A stretch of DNA of 64,000 nucleotides from Salinispira sp. (GTDB lineage: Bacteria; Spirochaetota; Spirochaetia; DSM-27196; Salinispiraceae). This document shows, piece by piece, positions 51,755 through 61,206 of the stretch. The notes beneath the pieces are model-generated. The model was not told the DNA's origin, did not search any database, and saw nothing but the letters and a program-made list of their open reading frames with translations. Position numbers and translations under genes: made by a program. The stretch is from NCBI GenBank assembly GCA_965226555.1, contig CBDDDG010000018.1, forward strand, positions 32,001 to 96,000. Direction: 5' to 3'. Position 1 is the first letter of the stretch; every line of letters starts with the position of its first letter.

Positions 51755-52756
51755 ATGAAAATACTTATTACCGGAGGAGCAGGATACATTGGAAGTACCA
51801 TTGCATCTGCTCTGGAAGACAATGGACATGTTCCGATTATACTGGACTCGCTGGTAAAGGGACATGAACGATTCACTCATAACAGGATATTTTTCAAGGG
51901 CGATATTTCCGATAAAACTATTCTGGAGAGAATTTTCACTGAGCACCCGGATATTAATCTCACTATTCACTGCGCAGCGCAGATCGTTGTGCCTGAATCG
52001 GTAGAAAATCCATATAAATATTATCATGAAAATATCTACAAGTCGGTGGAGCTGCTGCATAATCTGGAGCGCTCCAATAAGAAGCGGGTCATATTCAGCT
52101 CTTCAGCATCAATGTATAATTTGGAAAATACCTTTATTGCCGAAGAAGACTCTCCAATTGGCGCAGATTCACCGTATGCCTTTACGAAAATTGTTATTGA
52201 ACAGGCTCTTGCGGACTTTGTAAGGGCATATAATTTCAGGGTTATCTCTCTCCGTTATTTTAATCCCATTGGCGCTGACCCGGCTTTCCGCTCAGGTCCC
52301 TATGATCCGAATCCTTCCCATCTTCTGGGTGCCCTCGGAGAAACTGCCTCAGGAAAACGGGAAGTGTTTGAGATAACAGGGGTGGATTGGCCGACACGCG
52401 ACGGTTCGGCAATACGTGATTATATTCATGTCTGGGATCTTGCGCAGGCCCATGTGAAGGCAGTGGAAAGATTTGATGAGGTATTAGAACAGGAAGATTC
52501 AGGATACTCGGTTATCAACCTCGGCAGCGAAAGAGGTACTACCGTCAAGGAATTTGTCGGAGCCTTTGAAACCGTTATTGGCAAAAAGCTGAATAAACGG
52601 GAATCGGCTCCTCGCCAGGGAGATAAAATCGGCGCGTATGCATGTTCCGTCAAGGCGCTGGATCTATTGGGCTGGAAATGTGAACTGACAATACCCGATG
52701 GTATTCGGCATGCCCTGCAGTGGAATGAGAAACGTCGGGAAGTTCTCGGGTATTGA
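51755..52756 (+). CDS. galE: UDP-glucose 4-epimerase
   Basis: ILITGGAGYIGS, FSSSA, YAFTK, LRYFNPIGA, RDYIHV motifs. Confidence 0.93.
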   Translation: MKILITGGAGYIGSTIASALEDNGHVPIILDSLVKGHERFTHNRIFFKGDISDKTILERIFTEHPDINLTIHCAAQIVVPESVENPYKYYHENIYKSVELLHNLERSNKKRVIFSSSASMYNLENTFIAEEDSPIGADSPYAFTKIVIEQALADFVRAYNFRVISLRYFNPIGADPAFRSGPYDPNPSHLLGALGETASGKREVFEITGVDWPTRDGSAIRDYIHVWDLAQAHVKAVERFDEVLEQEDSGYSVINLGSERGTTVKEFVGAFETVIGKKLNKRESAPRQGDKIGAYACSVKALDLLGWKCELTIPDGIRHALQWNEKRREVLGY

Positions 52757-52781
52757 CAGGCATGACATCCGTATATAGAAT
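52753..52781 (+). promoter_or_regulatory. Sigma70 promoter of infA
   Basis: TTGACA-N17-TAGAAT. Confidence 0.7.
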
Positions 52782-52844
52782 GATACAAAGTTTTGTCTGA
52801 TTTGCAGAGCAAAATTTTCAGTAAGCAATCCCATTGGAGTATTT

Positions 52845-53063
52845 GTGGCAAAAGAAGAAGCAATTGAAGTTGAAGGAATTGTCAAAGAAGCATTGCCGAA
52901 CACAATGTTTCGGGTAGAGCTGGATAATGGTCATATTATTCTCACTCACCTTTCCGGAAAAATGCGTAAGCACTATATCCGTATTGTTCCGGGCGACAAG
53001 GTAAAGGTTGCTCTTTCTCCCTATGATCTGACCCGCGGCAGAATTATTTTCAGGGAACGCTAA
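52845..53063 (+). CDS. infA: Translation initiation factor IF-1
   Basis: Canonical IF-1 sequence ([26 protein letters not shown]). Confidence 0.97.
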   Translation: MAKEEAIEVEGIVKEALPNTMFRVELDNGHIILTHLSGKMRKHYIRIVPGDKVKVALSPYDLTRGRIIFRER

Positions 53064-53170
53064 CTGCCCATATTTCGCGGCCGCTGAGGAATTGGCGGGT
53101 GCCTGCGGCCTGCGGATTGATTTTCTGGTTTTGGGGATTTCGCGGATGCTGAGGAATTGGCTGCGAGGGA

Positions 53171-53584
53171 TTATTTAATAACAACCCACAGAGCGCCGCT
53201 GCCGCCGTCTTTTTTACGGGCTTTCATTCTCATGCCCGCGTGCGGATATGTGTCGAGGAAGCTATGCACCACCGATCGGAGAACCGGTTCGCCGTTGCTA
53301 TGTATCCCTCTTCCGTGAATAATAAGCACCTTTCGGTATTCCTTCTTTTTGGCAGAGCGCATAAATTCCGCTACTGCCTGCTTTGCCTCTGCTGCCGTCA
53401 AGCCATGGATATCCAGCGTGTCGTTAATCCGCCACTTTCGGGGATGCACCCGATCCCGGCGGGAAATATCTGATTGATGATCATCGATTTTTGGCTCATA
53501 CCGATATTCTTCAGATGCCCCATCCGCCTTCCGGCTGCCCTTCGCTTTTTCCCACTTGTCCAGAATAGTGCCGAAATCATTCAT
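53171..53584 (-). CDS. Smr domain protein
   Basis: LDIHGLT, IIHGRG, GGSGALWV; SD AGGAGG before ATG 53584. Confidence 0.88.
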   Translation of the reverse strand: MNDFGTILDKWEKAKGSRKADGASEEYRYEPKIDDHQSDISRRDRVHPRKWRINDTLDIHGLTAAEAKQAVAEFMRSAKKKEYRKVLIIHGRGIHSNGEPVLRSVVHSFLDTYPHAGMRMKARKKDGGSGALWVVIK

Positions 53585-55607
53585 AAAACAACATATCCTC
53601 CTGAACCCAGGCAACAATGCCGTAGGCAGTTCGAATTTGAACATAGCCCGATGAAGACACCCCCAAGGCAACACTCGTGCCCGCTGGAAGAACAATCCAC
53701 TCGTCAGCGTCCGCATCGGGAATTTTTTTCAATAGTCCCCCATCCTGCTCAATAACAGCCGGCTGATTGGCAAGCCCCCGAGAGTATGCAACGTACATTC
53801 CCACTGCAGAAAAAAGGATAATGATGAACCCTATGCTGATAATCGCAAATGGGATGTTTAGTCGTGGACTAAAGTTGGCAACAGACAAATATACCGCAGC
53901 CGACATCAGTAACATCACAATAATAAGAAATATCCAGTCGCCGCGGATGATACGGCTAATGGGATGTTGCTTTCCCAGCTCCATTTCCTCTTCCAAGAGA
54001 ATGAGCGCCTGCCGGAATTCTTCGTACAAGGGCGCGCGATTGACAAGCTGCCGCATGGAAAACATTGCCCGGGCAAAATTGCCAGCATAATATTCAAGAC
54101 GGACGCGTGAAAGCAGAAGATTAACATTGTCCGGATCCTGCGCCAGAAGTTTTTCAAGCTGCGCGCGCTGTTCAACTGATGCTGTGTCGGCGGCTTCAGC
54201 CTGATAAAAGCGATCTGCGTCTTCAGGAGATATCTGCCCAAGCCGTGTGAGAACAAAGAAACACATAACAAAACTGACAAGGGTGAACACAACAAAGCCT
54301 TTTGCATTGTTTTTCGTCCATTTTTTACTGACAGAAAAATATATGAAGAGATAGAGGGGGATAATGAGCGCCAATAGTACTCCAATTGGTCTGCTTGTAA
54401 AATTCATCGATACACTTATGGGTAATTGTATGTTTTCAATGCTCCCGATAAACGATGTATCCGCTCGTTCGGCGCCGGGAATTATGGAGATACTCTGCGT
54501 TTTTTCCCTCTGTGTCTCAACAATTCCCGATTGGGGGTTCACCCATGAAAAGGAGGGAACAGTAACAGACATTTCTCCCCCGGAACCAGCCTGAATCCGA
54601 TAGATAATTGAACGGCTGCCTCTATATCCCTTCTCGCTTGTTTCATATTCACTCATTTCCTCAGAACCCTCAATAACGGCATTCTGTACGGAAATTTGAG
54701 GCAGCTCAAGAATGCCGAAATTACCTTCTCCGCTTACCGTAAATTCCAGCATGAGTTGACCATTTTCATTAATACTCTCAGGAAGGGGCTGCAACGATAC
54801 AGCGAAGGAACCGACAGCATTACCGCTAAAACCTTCCGGTGCTGCGTGTACGGTAAGTGCTTCAGCCTGCACATTCCGCGAATAATTACCGAACTGCGCG
54901 CCGGCATTGGGAACATACACGGTTCCCGTCTGCAGCGGAGTATAGAGAAAGGTGGCGAGGGGAATGCGGCTGAACGTTCTGCCGTGAAACTCATAGGTAT
55001 CTAACTCTCCCAAACCTGTTACCTCTTCCAGAATACCCGCGCTGACGGAACCAAGGTCAAGAAAATCGGGAAAGCGCACTTCAGAGATATGATACATGTC
55101 GAGTGAAATGTACATTGTTTGCCCCACATATACTGATTTCTGCCGAATGTTCCATTCCAGCTCAGGCGGGGTAAATTCACCATCAATAGTAACGGGGATC
55201 AACAGAGAATCGCTGTGAACAATTGTTGCCGGGCGGGCGGATGTCTCCGGCCACCGGAGAGTAAATGGTTCCATAACCGCGTACCCCGCCTCATCTGCTC
55301 TATAGGTATAGCGCCAAGTTGCCCGCTGGGCGTCGGTGTTTTGCAGGCGGAGCGGCCCCGCCCAGTAACGCAGCCCCTCCTGCGCCGGCGGGAACCCGAA
55401 ACTGACATCCGCCCCGTATTCTGCGGGCATGTCAATGTATATGAAGAAGGTCTCCCCCAAACGCACCGGATCATCCTGCGCATATATGCGGATGTCGGAG
55501 AGTATCGGCGCTGCCGCAGCCTGCCCGACCGCATCCAGACTCAGGAGAAAGAATACGAGGGCTACCAGTCTTCGACATATACCGAGCGAGCGCTCACTGC
55601 CCGCCAT
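53577..55607 (-). CDS. BatD-like protein fused to a BatE-like TPR/SH3 C-terminus
   Basis: VYVGQ, AVGSF, VSGEGNF, transmembrane helices, TPR, terminal SH3-like region; start position uncertain. Confidence 0.72.
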   Translation of the reverse strand: MAGSERSLGICRRLVALVFFLLSLDAVGQAAAAPILSDIRIYAQDDPVRLGETFFIYIDMPAEYGADVSFGFPPAQEGLRYWAGPLRLQNTDAQRATWRYTYRADEAGYAVMEPFTLRWPETSARPATIVHSDSLLIPVTIDGEFTPPELEWNIRQKSVYVGQTMYISLDMYHISEVRFPDFLDLGSVSAGILEEVTGLGELDTYEFHGRTFSRIPLATFLYTPLQTGTVYVPNAGAQFGNYSRNVQAEALTVHAAPEGFSGNAVGSFAVSLQPLPESINENGQLMLEFTVSGEGNFGILELPQISVQNAVIEGSEEMSEYETSEKGYRGSRSIIYRIQAGSGGEMSVTVPSFSWVNPQSGIVETQREKTQSISIIPGAERADTSFIGSIENIQLPISVSMNFTSRPIGVLLALIIPLYLFIYFSVSKKWTKNNAKGFVVFTLVSFVMCFFVLTRLGQISPEDADRFYQAEAADTASVEQRAQLEKLLAQDPDNVNLLLSRVRLEYYAGNFARAMFSMRQLVNRAPLYEEFRQALILLEEEMELGKQHPISRIIRGDWIFLIIVMLLMSAAVYLSVANFSPRLNIPFAIISIGFIIILFSAVGMYVAYSRGLANQPAVIEQDGGLLKKIPDADADEWIVLPAGTSVALGVSSSGYVQIRTAYGIVAWVQEDMLFYE

Positions 55608-55630
55608 GCGCCAGCGGTGCCAGCGCCGGG

Positions 55631-56245
55631 CTACCAGTCTTCGACATATATGACACGCGGGATGTAATCCTGCTCCACCCATGACTGCTCTTCCTTTCTT
55701 CTGATATATTCAAAAATTCGTATACTCTCTGTTGAAAGTTCTCTATTGCTTTCCTGCTGACTGCGCCGATTGCCGATTCTTCCAGACTGAAGCTTTAAAA
55801 GGGTAAGTTCCAAATTCAACTTTGCTCCAATGTGGGCAGAGTCGTAGGTGAGGGCTGCTTTAAAATCTTCAAAGGCATTTTCATATCGGCTCTGTTCATA
55901 AAACAAAATACCCCGATTATAATGCGCGGCAAAAAGCAAGTACTCAGAGTCGGTTTTCAGTACATCTTCCCAAAATTCCAGCGCCGCATCAACCTCTCCC
56001 AGAGAATGATACACATTTGCTAAATTATAGTGTATCCACGATTTTGATTGCGTATTGTTCAATGCCTTGAGGTACTGGACTGTTGCCTCCTGATAATCGC
56101 CGCGCCCGAAGAAGTAATTTCCCAGAAAAACAGTAATATAGGGAGGAGAAGTACCGCAGGAGGCAAGGGAAAACAGCAGGACTATCAGCAGCAGCATCCT
56201 GCTCGCCCATGCGTCCGTCAGGAATGCTTTCTTTGAGCTGAGCAT
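55631..56245 (-). CDS. BatC-like TPR protein
   Basis: HYNLANVY, HYNRG, AKLNLEL, C-terminal EDW. Confidence 0.78.
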   Translation of the reverse strand: MLSSKKAFLTDAWASRMLLLIVLLFSLASCGTSPPYITVFLGNYFFGRGDYQEATVQYLKALNNTQSKSWIHYNLANVYHSLGEVDAALEFWEDVLKTDSEYLLFAAHYNRGILFYEQSRYENAFEDFKAALTYDSAHIGAKLNLELTLLKLQSGRIGNRRSQQESNRELSTESIRIFEYIRRKEEQSWVEQDYIPRVIYVEDW

Positions 56246-56509
56246 TCTCCTATTTTAATAGAAAATTGTGCGTTAAAAAAGTGTTTTCTGAAGAAAAATT
56301 TTGCTCTGATAATAGGGAGATATTGCCTGTGTAAAATAATAGGGCATGTTTCGTAAGCGTCAATACACCCTGTAATACAGGGGCCAATTCAACCATACCA
56401 GCCCCCATTCCCGACTCCCCGAAAAAAATTCACAAATTTTGCAAAATTCTTTCCAAATACATAGTCAAGAATGACTTTTTACCCGTTACAGATATAGCAG
56501 GAGGTATGT

Positions 56510-57565
56510 ATGAGTAATGCCGGATACAATATCCATGATATTGCGTTTAAGAGTATCTATGGCACCCCCGAGGCGGCAGCCGATATTCCACGGATAATTT
56601 TTCCAAAGGACATCGTTAACATTATGGATCTAGATGCTATTCGCATTGAAAACACCATCTACATTGACAAAGGGCGTGAGGTACTCTGCGACCTCATTCT
56701 CATTATTCCCCTCAAAGGGGAATTCGACGGTTTACGAATTGTCCTGATCATTGAGCACAAAAGCACATTTGATCCAAGGGTCAGAGAACAGTTTGATAAA
56801 TACCAGAGAGCCCTCATAAACAGCAGGACATTTCAGGCGCAGACCGATCTTCTTGTTCTGGTGCTGTGGTACCATGGAGAACCGATATGGGATGGCGATC
56901 TCAGTTTCCACAGTTCAGGGGATGTGCATACACACATACCGGAAAAATTGTACACAATGATGGAAAAATACCTTGCGAGGCCAAAGGTTCTCAATAGGCC
57001 TGTGATGGTCGATGTGAATAGGATGAGCGAGGAGGAGTTTACCCGGGGGTCAGACGGGGTTGTGTTGACAGGGGGAGCTCTGTGCTATATTATGCGGAAA
57101 GTCAGTAAGACAGGCGATGAAGACTTGCGGAAGGTTGCGAAGTATCTGAAAGAACTTCCCGCAGAGAATTCCCGAGAGATGATCCCGAACCTTCTGCTCT
57201 ATCTGAAGGCCTTGAAACTGGATACACGCTTTGAAAAAATCAACAGGGAAATAAATCCCGAAGGAGAAGAAGTTATGATGAAAAAAGTCCAGATGAGCGA
57301 TTGGTTTGTCAACCAAGGCATGGAGAAAGGCATTCTGAAAGGACGGGTTGAAGGTCTTGAGCAGGGAATGGAGAAAGGTCTTGCAAAAGGAATGGAGCGA
57401 GGAATGGAGAGAGGCAAGGTTGAAGGTCTTGAGCTGGGAATGGCGAGAGGCATTCGAGAAACTGCCCGCAGTATGTTTTCGGAAGGCTTGTCAACTGAGG
57501 CTGTTCAGAGGATTACCGGGCTGAGCGATGAGGAAATGCGGACAGTGCGGAACGGATCGCATTAA
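56510..57565 (+). CDS. Rpn family nuclease type C (intact)
   Basis: HDIAFKSIY, LCDLIL, IIEHKS, LWYHG, GMEKG repeats, NGSH tail; SD AGGAGG. Confidence 0.9.
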   Translation: MSNAGYNIHDIAFKSIYGTPEAAADIPRIIFPKDIVNIMDLDAIRIENTIYIDKGREVLCDLILIIPLKGEFDGLRIVLIIEHKSTFDPRVREQFDKYQRALINSRTFQAQTDLLVLVLWYHGEPIWDGDLSFHSSGDVHTHIPEKLYTMMEKYLARPKVLNRPVMVDVNRMSEEEFTRGSDGVVLTGGALCYIMRKVSKTGDEDLRKVAKYLKELPAENSREMIPNLLLYLKALKLDTRFEKINREINPEGEEVMMKKVQMSDWFVNQGMEKGILKGRVEGLEQGMEKGLAKGMERGMERGKVEGLELGMARGIRETARSMFSEGLSTEAVQRITGLSDEEMRTVRNGSH

Positions 57566-57982
57566 TTGGCGCAACTCGGTCTGCGCAGGGCAATGAACCA
57601 GAAAAACCTTCTCCCATGGAACATTGCAGCTGAAAACCAACACCCATCAGGATTAATTTGACGCTTACCATGTTTCTATCTACAATTGTGGATAAATTCT
57701 GTGTTGATGCTCAGCATGCCCCGGAGCAATGCAAAAGTTTCAACTTCAATTATGGGTCATTGCTCATTTCCAAATTCCTCATCAAGTACCTCGTTAACAT
57801 AAGCATCCAATAGTTATGGATTCAAATTCGGGCAATAGATTACTCGATTCCAAATTTGGTTCCGTATTGATGGAGGATAAAAGACCATTAAGTTGAGCAA
57901 AATTCACGATTACAAAAAGTGATGATGGCAGAAAAAGTATTAACAACATAAGAAAGTTTCCATAATGGCAACAAGCTGCCTG

Positions 57983-60787
57983 TTACGGACGCGCCTTCGT
58001 CGTCATGTTGTAGGCATAGATTTTATCATCAGAATCATCTGCCACCCGCATGGTCGTCCCATTCGACCAGATACCATAGGGATTATTGTTCCCCGCAGCA
58101 GAAAGGGTCGTAAAGTCCTTTGCACTGTCTCGCTCCTTCGTCGTCATGTTGTAGGCATAGATTTCATCATCAGAATCATCTGCCACCCACATGGTCGTCC
58201 CATTCGACCAAATACCTGTGGGATTACGGTTCCCCGCGGCAGAAAGAGTCGTAAAGTCCTTTGCACTGTCTCGCGCTTTCGTCGTCATGTTGTAAGCATA
58301 GATTTTATAATCAGAATCATCTGCCACCCACATGGTCGTCCCATCCGACCAAATACCTGTGGGAGAAGTGTTCCCCGCAGCAGAAAGGGTCGTAAAGTCC
58401 TTTGCACTGTCTCGCGCCTTCGTCGTCATGGTGTAGGCATAGATTTTATCAGCATAATAATATGACTTCGCCACCCACATGGTCGTCCCATCCGACCAAA
58501 TACCTGTGGGATTATAGTTCCCCGCAGCAATGAGGGTCGTAAAGTCCTTTGCACTGTCTCGCGCCTTTGTCGTCATGTTGTAGGCATAGATTTTATAATC
58601 AGAATCATCTGCCACCCACATGGTCGTCCCATTCGACCAAATACCTGTGGGAGAAGTGTTCCCCGCGGCAGAAAGGGTCGTAAAGTCAAAATCAAAAATC
58701 TGTACCGTTTTCGTTAAATTGTTTGCACTGTCGTCTATTGTCAGTGTTATGCTTTCTTCCGAAAACCCCCCTATGGTTACCACGCCCCCGAACTGAGGAA
58801 TATTTTTCCTACTGTCTTCTTCGGGAAAGTCAGAATATGCAGTGTATTCAATGGTAAATGCGTTAGAAGGCACAACAGTAAACTCAATGTCGGGCTCCTT
58901 CGGCTTTTTCCCAAACTCCCCATAGTAAATGTTAAGGGATATTTCTGAATTCTTATTCGAATTCAGTTCAACATTGTCTGCTAATCCATCTGGAAGAGAA
59001 TAACTGTCATTAAGACGGATCCCATGTAAAGGTGAACGGAGACCAGATACATTGACCTGCTGCGATATTACTCCATCACTGTCAGTGTTCTGATTTCCCT
59101 GAATCGAGATGTTCACCTCGGAACTATATGTTCCCGCTCGCGGGGTCAGATAGCTGAGATTGTAAAAACTGTTGGCATAGCCTTCTATTACGTCTTGAAT
59201 TGAGCGAAAAGCAGTTGTCAGTTCTTCAAAACTGTCTATGGCATACTGTCCGGCGTTTCCCAGTGATTTAAGAATACTAATGTGATCATCGCTGGGGCTG
59301 ACACTTATTGTTATGACTCTCTTGTTTCCTCGCGTATTCAGGGCAGCATTCAGTGTTGACGATCCCTTAGTATCTTCTCCATCGGTGAGAATAACAAGCT
59401 GCCCCCCCTGCCGAATAGCATTTTGCGAAAAGACGTTTCCCAATTGGGAAACTCCTGTTGACACCGCCCCATAGAGATCGGTTGATCCAGAACCAAGGGT
59501 AATGCTATCAATTGCCGCATGAAGTTCTGAAACAGACGATGAAAAGTCAATAATCTTGTTCGCGGACGATGCAAATGTCCAGACAGCAAATTCAGCAGTT
59601 CCCGTGCTGTCGCTGTTACCCGATACCTCCGATTCGCTAATGAGTACCTTTGCCGCTTCTTTAACCGACGGCAAATCAGCGCCAATACTCAAACTGTTAT
59701 CGAGCATAATTACTGTGCTCAGCTTGTATGGAAGTTCATCGGCTTTTCGTATGCGTATTGCCGATTCTGTTTCCGATACCGCGCTTCCCGATTCACGGAT
59801 AATAAAATCAGATTCCTCCAGATCAGTAACCGGAACCCCGTCGACAGTTTCAACCGACATAAAAATATTGATATACGCAGGGTACAATGTGCTTGTGTTG
59901 TAATGATAGAGAATATAACTATCATCAGGCGGCGGCGGCGGCGGCGGGTTGCTATCATCAGGCGGCGAAACTCCGCCGTTTTCATTAGGATAGGCATAGA
60001 TTTTTCCGTTATACCCATTTGCCACCCACATTGTCGTCCCATTCGACCAGATACCGTGGGGAGAAGTGTTCCCCGCAGCAGAAAGAGTGTTGGTGTTAAA
60101 GTCCTTTGAACTGTCTCGCGCTTTCGTCGTCATGTTGTAGGCATAGATTTTTCCGTTATACACATCTGCCACCCACATTGTCGTCCCATTCGACCAAATA
60201 CCTGTGGGAGAAGTATTCCCCGCAGCAGAAAGGGTGTTAAAGTCCTTTGAACTGTCTCGCGCTTTCGTCGTCATGTTGTAGGCATAGATTTTACGAGTAG
60301 AATAATCTACCACCCACATTGTCGTCCCATTCGACCAGATACCTGTGGGAGAAGTGTTCCCCGCAGCAGAAAGGGTGTTGGTGTTAAAGTCCTTTGAACT
60401 GTCTCGCGCTTTCGTCGTCATGTTGTAGGCATAGATTTTACGAGTAGAATAATCTGCCGCCCACATTGTCGTCTTATTCGACCAGATACCTGTGGGAGAA
60501 GTGTTCCCCGCAGCAGAAAGGGTGGTGCTAAAGTCCTTTGAACTGTCTCGCGCCTTCGTCGTCATGTTGTAGGCATAGATTTTTCCGTTATACCAATCTG
60601 CCACCCACATTGTCGTCCCATTCGACCAGATACCGTGGGGAGAAGTGTTCCCCGCAGCAATAAGAGTATCGAAATCCTTTGTTGGGTCGTATTCAGAAGC
60701 CGTGTCCGTGTCCATGTCCATGTCCATCGGACACCCTACTAACATAGTTATCGCTACAGCAACTAATAATGGCATTAACTTTTTCAT
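57983..60787 (-). CDS. Surface lipoprotein: 5 propeller-like repeats, vWA domain, 5 propeller-like repeats
   Basis: LVGC lipobox; KDFxTLSAAGNTSPTGIWSNGTTMWVAD repeats; vWA DNSLS...TDLY...LTDGED; SD AAGGAGG before ATG 60787. Confidence 0.85.
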   Translation of the reverse strand: MKKLMPLLVAVAITMLVGCPMDMDMDTDTASEYDPTKDFDTLIAAGNTSPHGIWSNGTTMWVADWYNGKIYAYNMTTKARDSSKDFSTTLSAAGNTSPTGIWSNKTTMWAADYSTRKIYAYNMTTKARDSSKDFNTNTLSAAGNTSPTGIWSNGTTMWVVDYSTRKIYAYNMTTKARDSSKDFNTLSAAGNTSPTGIWSNGTTMWVADVYNGKIYAYNMTTKARDSSKDFNTNTLSAAGNTSPHGIWSNGTTMWVANGYNGKIYAYPNENGGVSPPDDSNPPPPPPPDDSYILYHYNTSTLYPAYINIFMSVETVDGVPVTDLEESDFIIRESGSAVSETESAIRIRKADELPYKLSTVIMLDNSLSIGADLPSVKEAAKVLISESEVSGNSDSTGTAEFAVWTFASSANKIIDFSSSVSELHAAIDSITLGSGSTDLYGAVSTGVSQLGNVFSQNAIRQGGQLVILTDGEDTKGSSTLNAALNTRGNKRVITISVSPSDDHISILKSLGNAGQYAIDSFEELTTAFRSIQDVIEGYANSFYNLSYLTPRAGTYSSEVNISIQGNQNTDSDGVISQQVNVSGLRSPLHGIRLNDSYSLPDGLADNVELNSNKNSEISLNIYYGEFGKKPKEPDIEFTVVPSNAFTIEYTAYSDFPEEDSRKNIPQFGGVVTIGGFSEESITLTIDDSANNLTKTVQIFDFDFTTLSAAGNTSPTGIWSNGTTMWVADDSDYKIYAYNMTTKARDSAKDFTTLIAAGNYNPTGIWSDGTTMWVAKSYYYADKIYAYTMTTKARDSAKDFTTLSAAGNTSPTGIWSDGTTMWVADDSDYKIYAYNMTTKARDSAKDFTTLSAAGNRNPTGIWSNGTTMWVADDSDDEIYAYNMTTKERDSAKDFTTLSAAGNNNPYGIWSNGTTMRVADDSDDKIYAYNMTTKARP

Positions 60788-61019
60788 AAAGTTAACCTCC
60801 TTAATTTTGTATAGAAATTCCCATGGGGAATTTCTGGACATTCACCGGTGGTGTTAAAGTTTTTCAGTGGATTGGCATGCGAGATAACGGATTGGAGTTT
60901 CAGGCGCTGCTCGGGAGTGTTAGGGCAGATCGGTTCATAGAGGGGAGATGTTAGAGCTGTTGCGGAGTTTACACCCGGTACGAGGGAAGTGAGCTGGGAT
61001 AATGTGAGAAAAATATTTT

Positions 61020-61124
61020 TTATTTCAGAAGATTTTCTTGGGGGGGGGGTAGAATGTTTTCGGGATGTATGTTATACTCAGGATATCGGTTTGGTGCCAT
61101 TGTAGATATGTGGTATGCAATCAT
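61020..61124 (-). other. Leader ORF with a C10 tract (34 aa as assembled; 113 aa and coupled to the lipoprotein ATG if C11)
   Basis: SD AAGGGAG-N9-ATG; manual translation. Confidence 0.6.
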
Positions 61125-61157
61125 GGTAAACATCTCCCTTTTTTGAAAGTTTATCTG

Positions 61158-61187
61158 AATATAATATGAGAATATTGACCGTGTCAA
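61158..61187 (-). promoter_or_regulatory. Sigma70 promoter for the leader ORF / vWA lipoprotein
   Basis: TTGACA-N18-TATATT; the -35 lies within the inverted repeat TTGAC-CGT-GTCAA. Confidence 0.6.
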
Positions 61188-61206
61188 CAAGTTTTTTCAA
61201 ATTTTT

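Noticed and set aside
53072..53165. Imperfect direct repeat ATTTCGCGG..GCTGAGGAATTGGC between infA and the Smr gene
   Set aside because: Only two copies and no interpretable structure; probably a local duplication
57570..57980. AT-rich intergenic stretch that may be a gene remnant
   Set aside because: No long ORF or recognisable motif; cannot support a call
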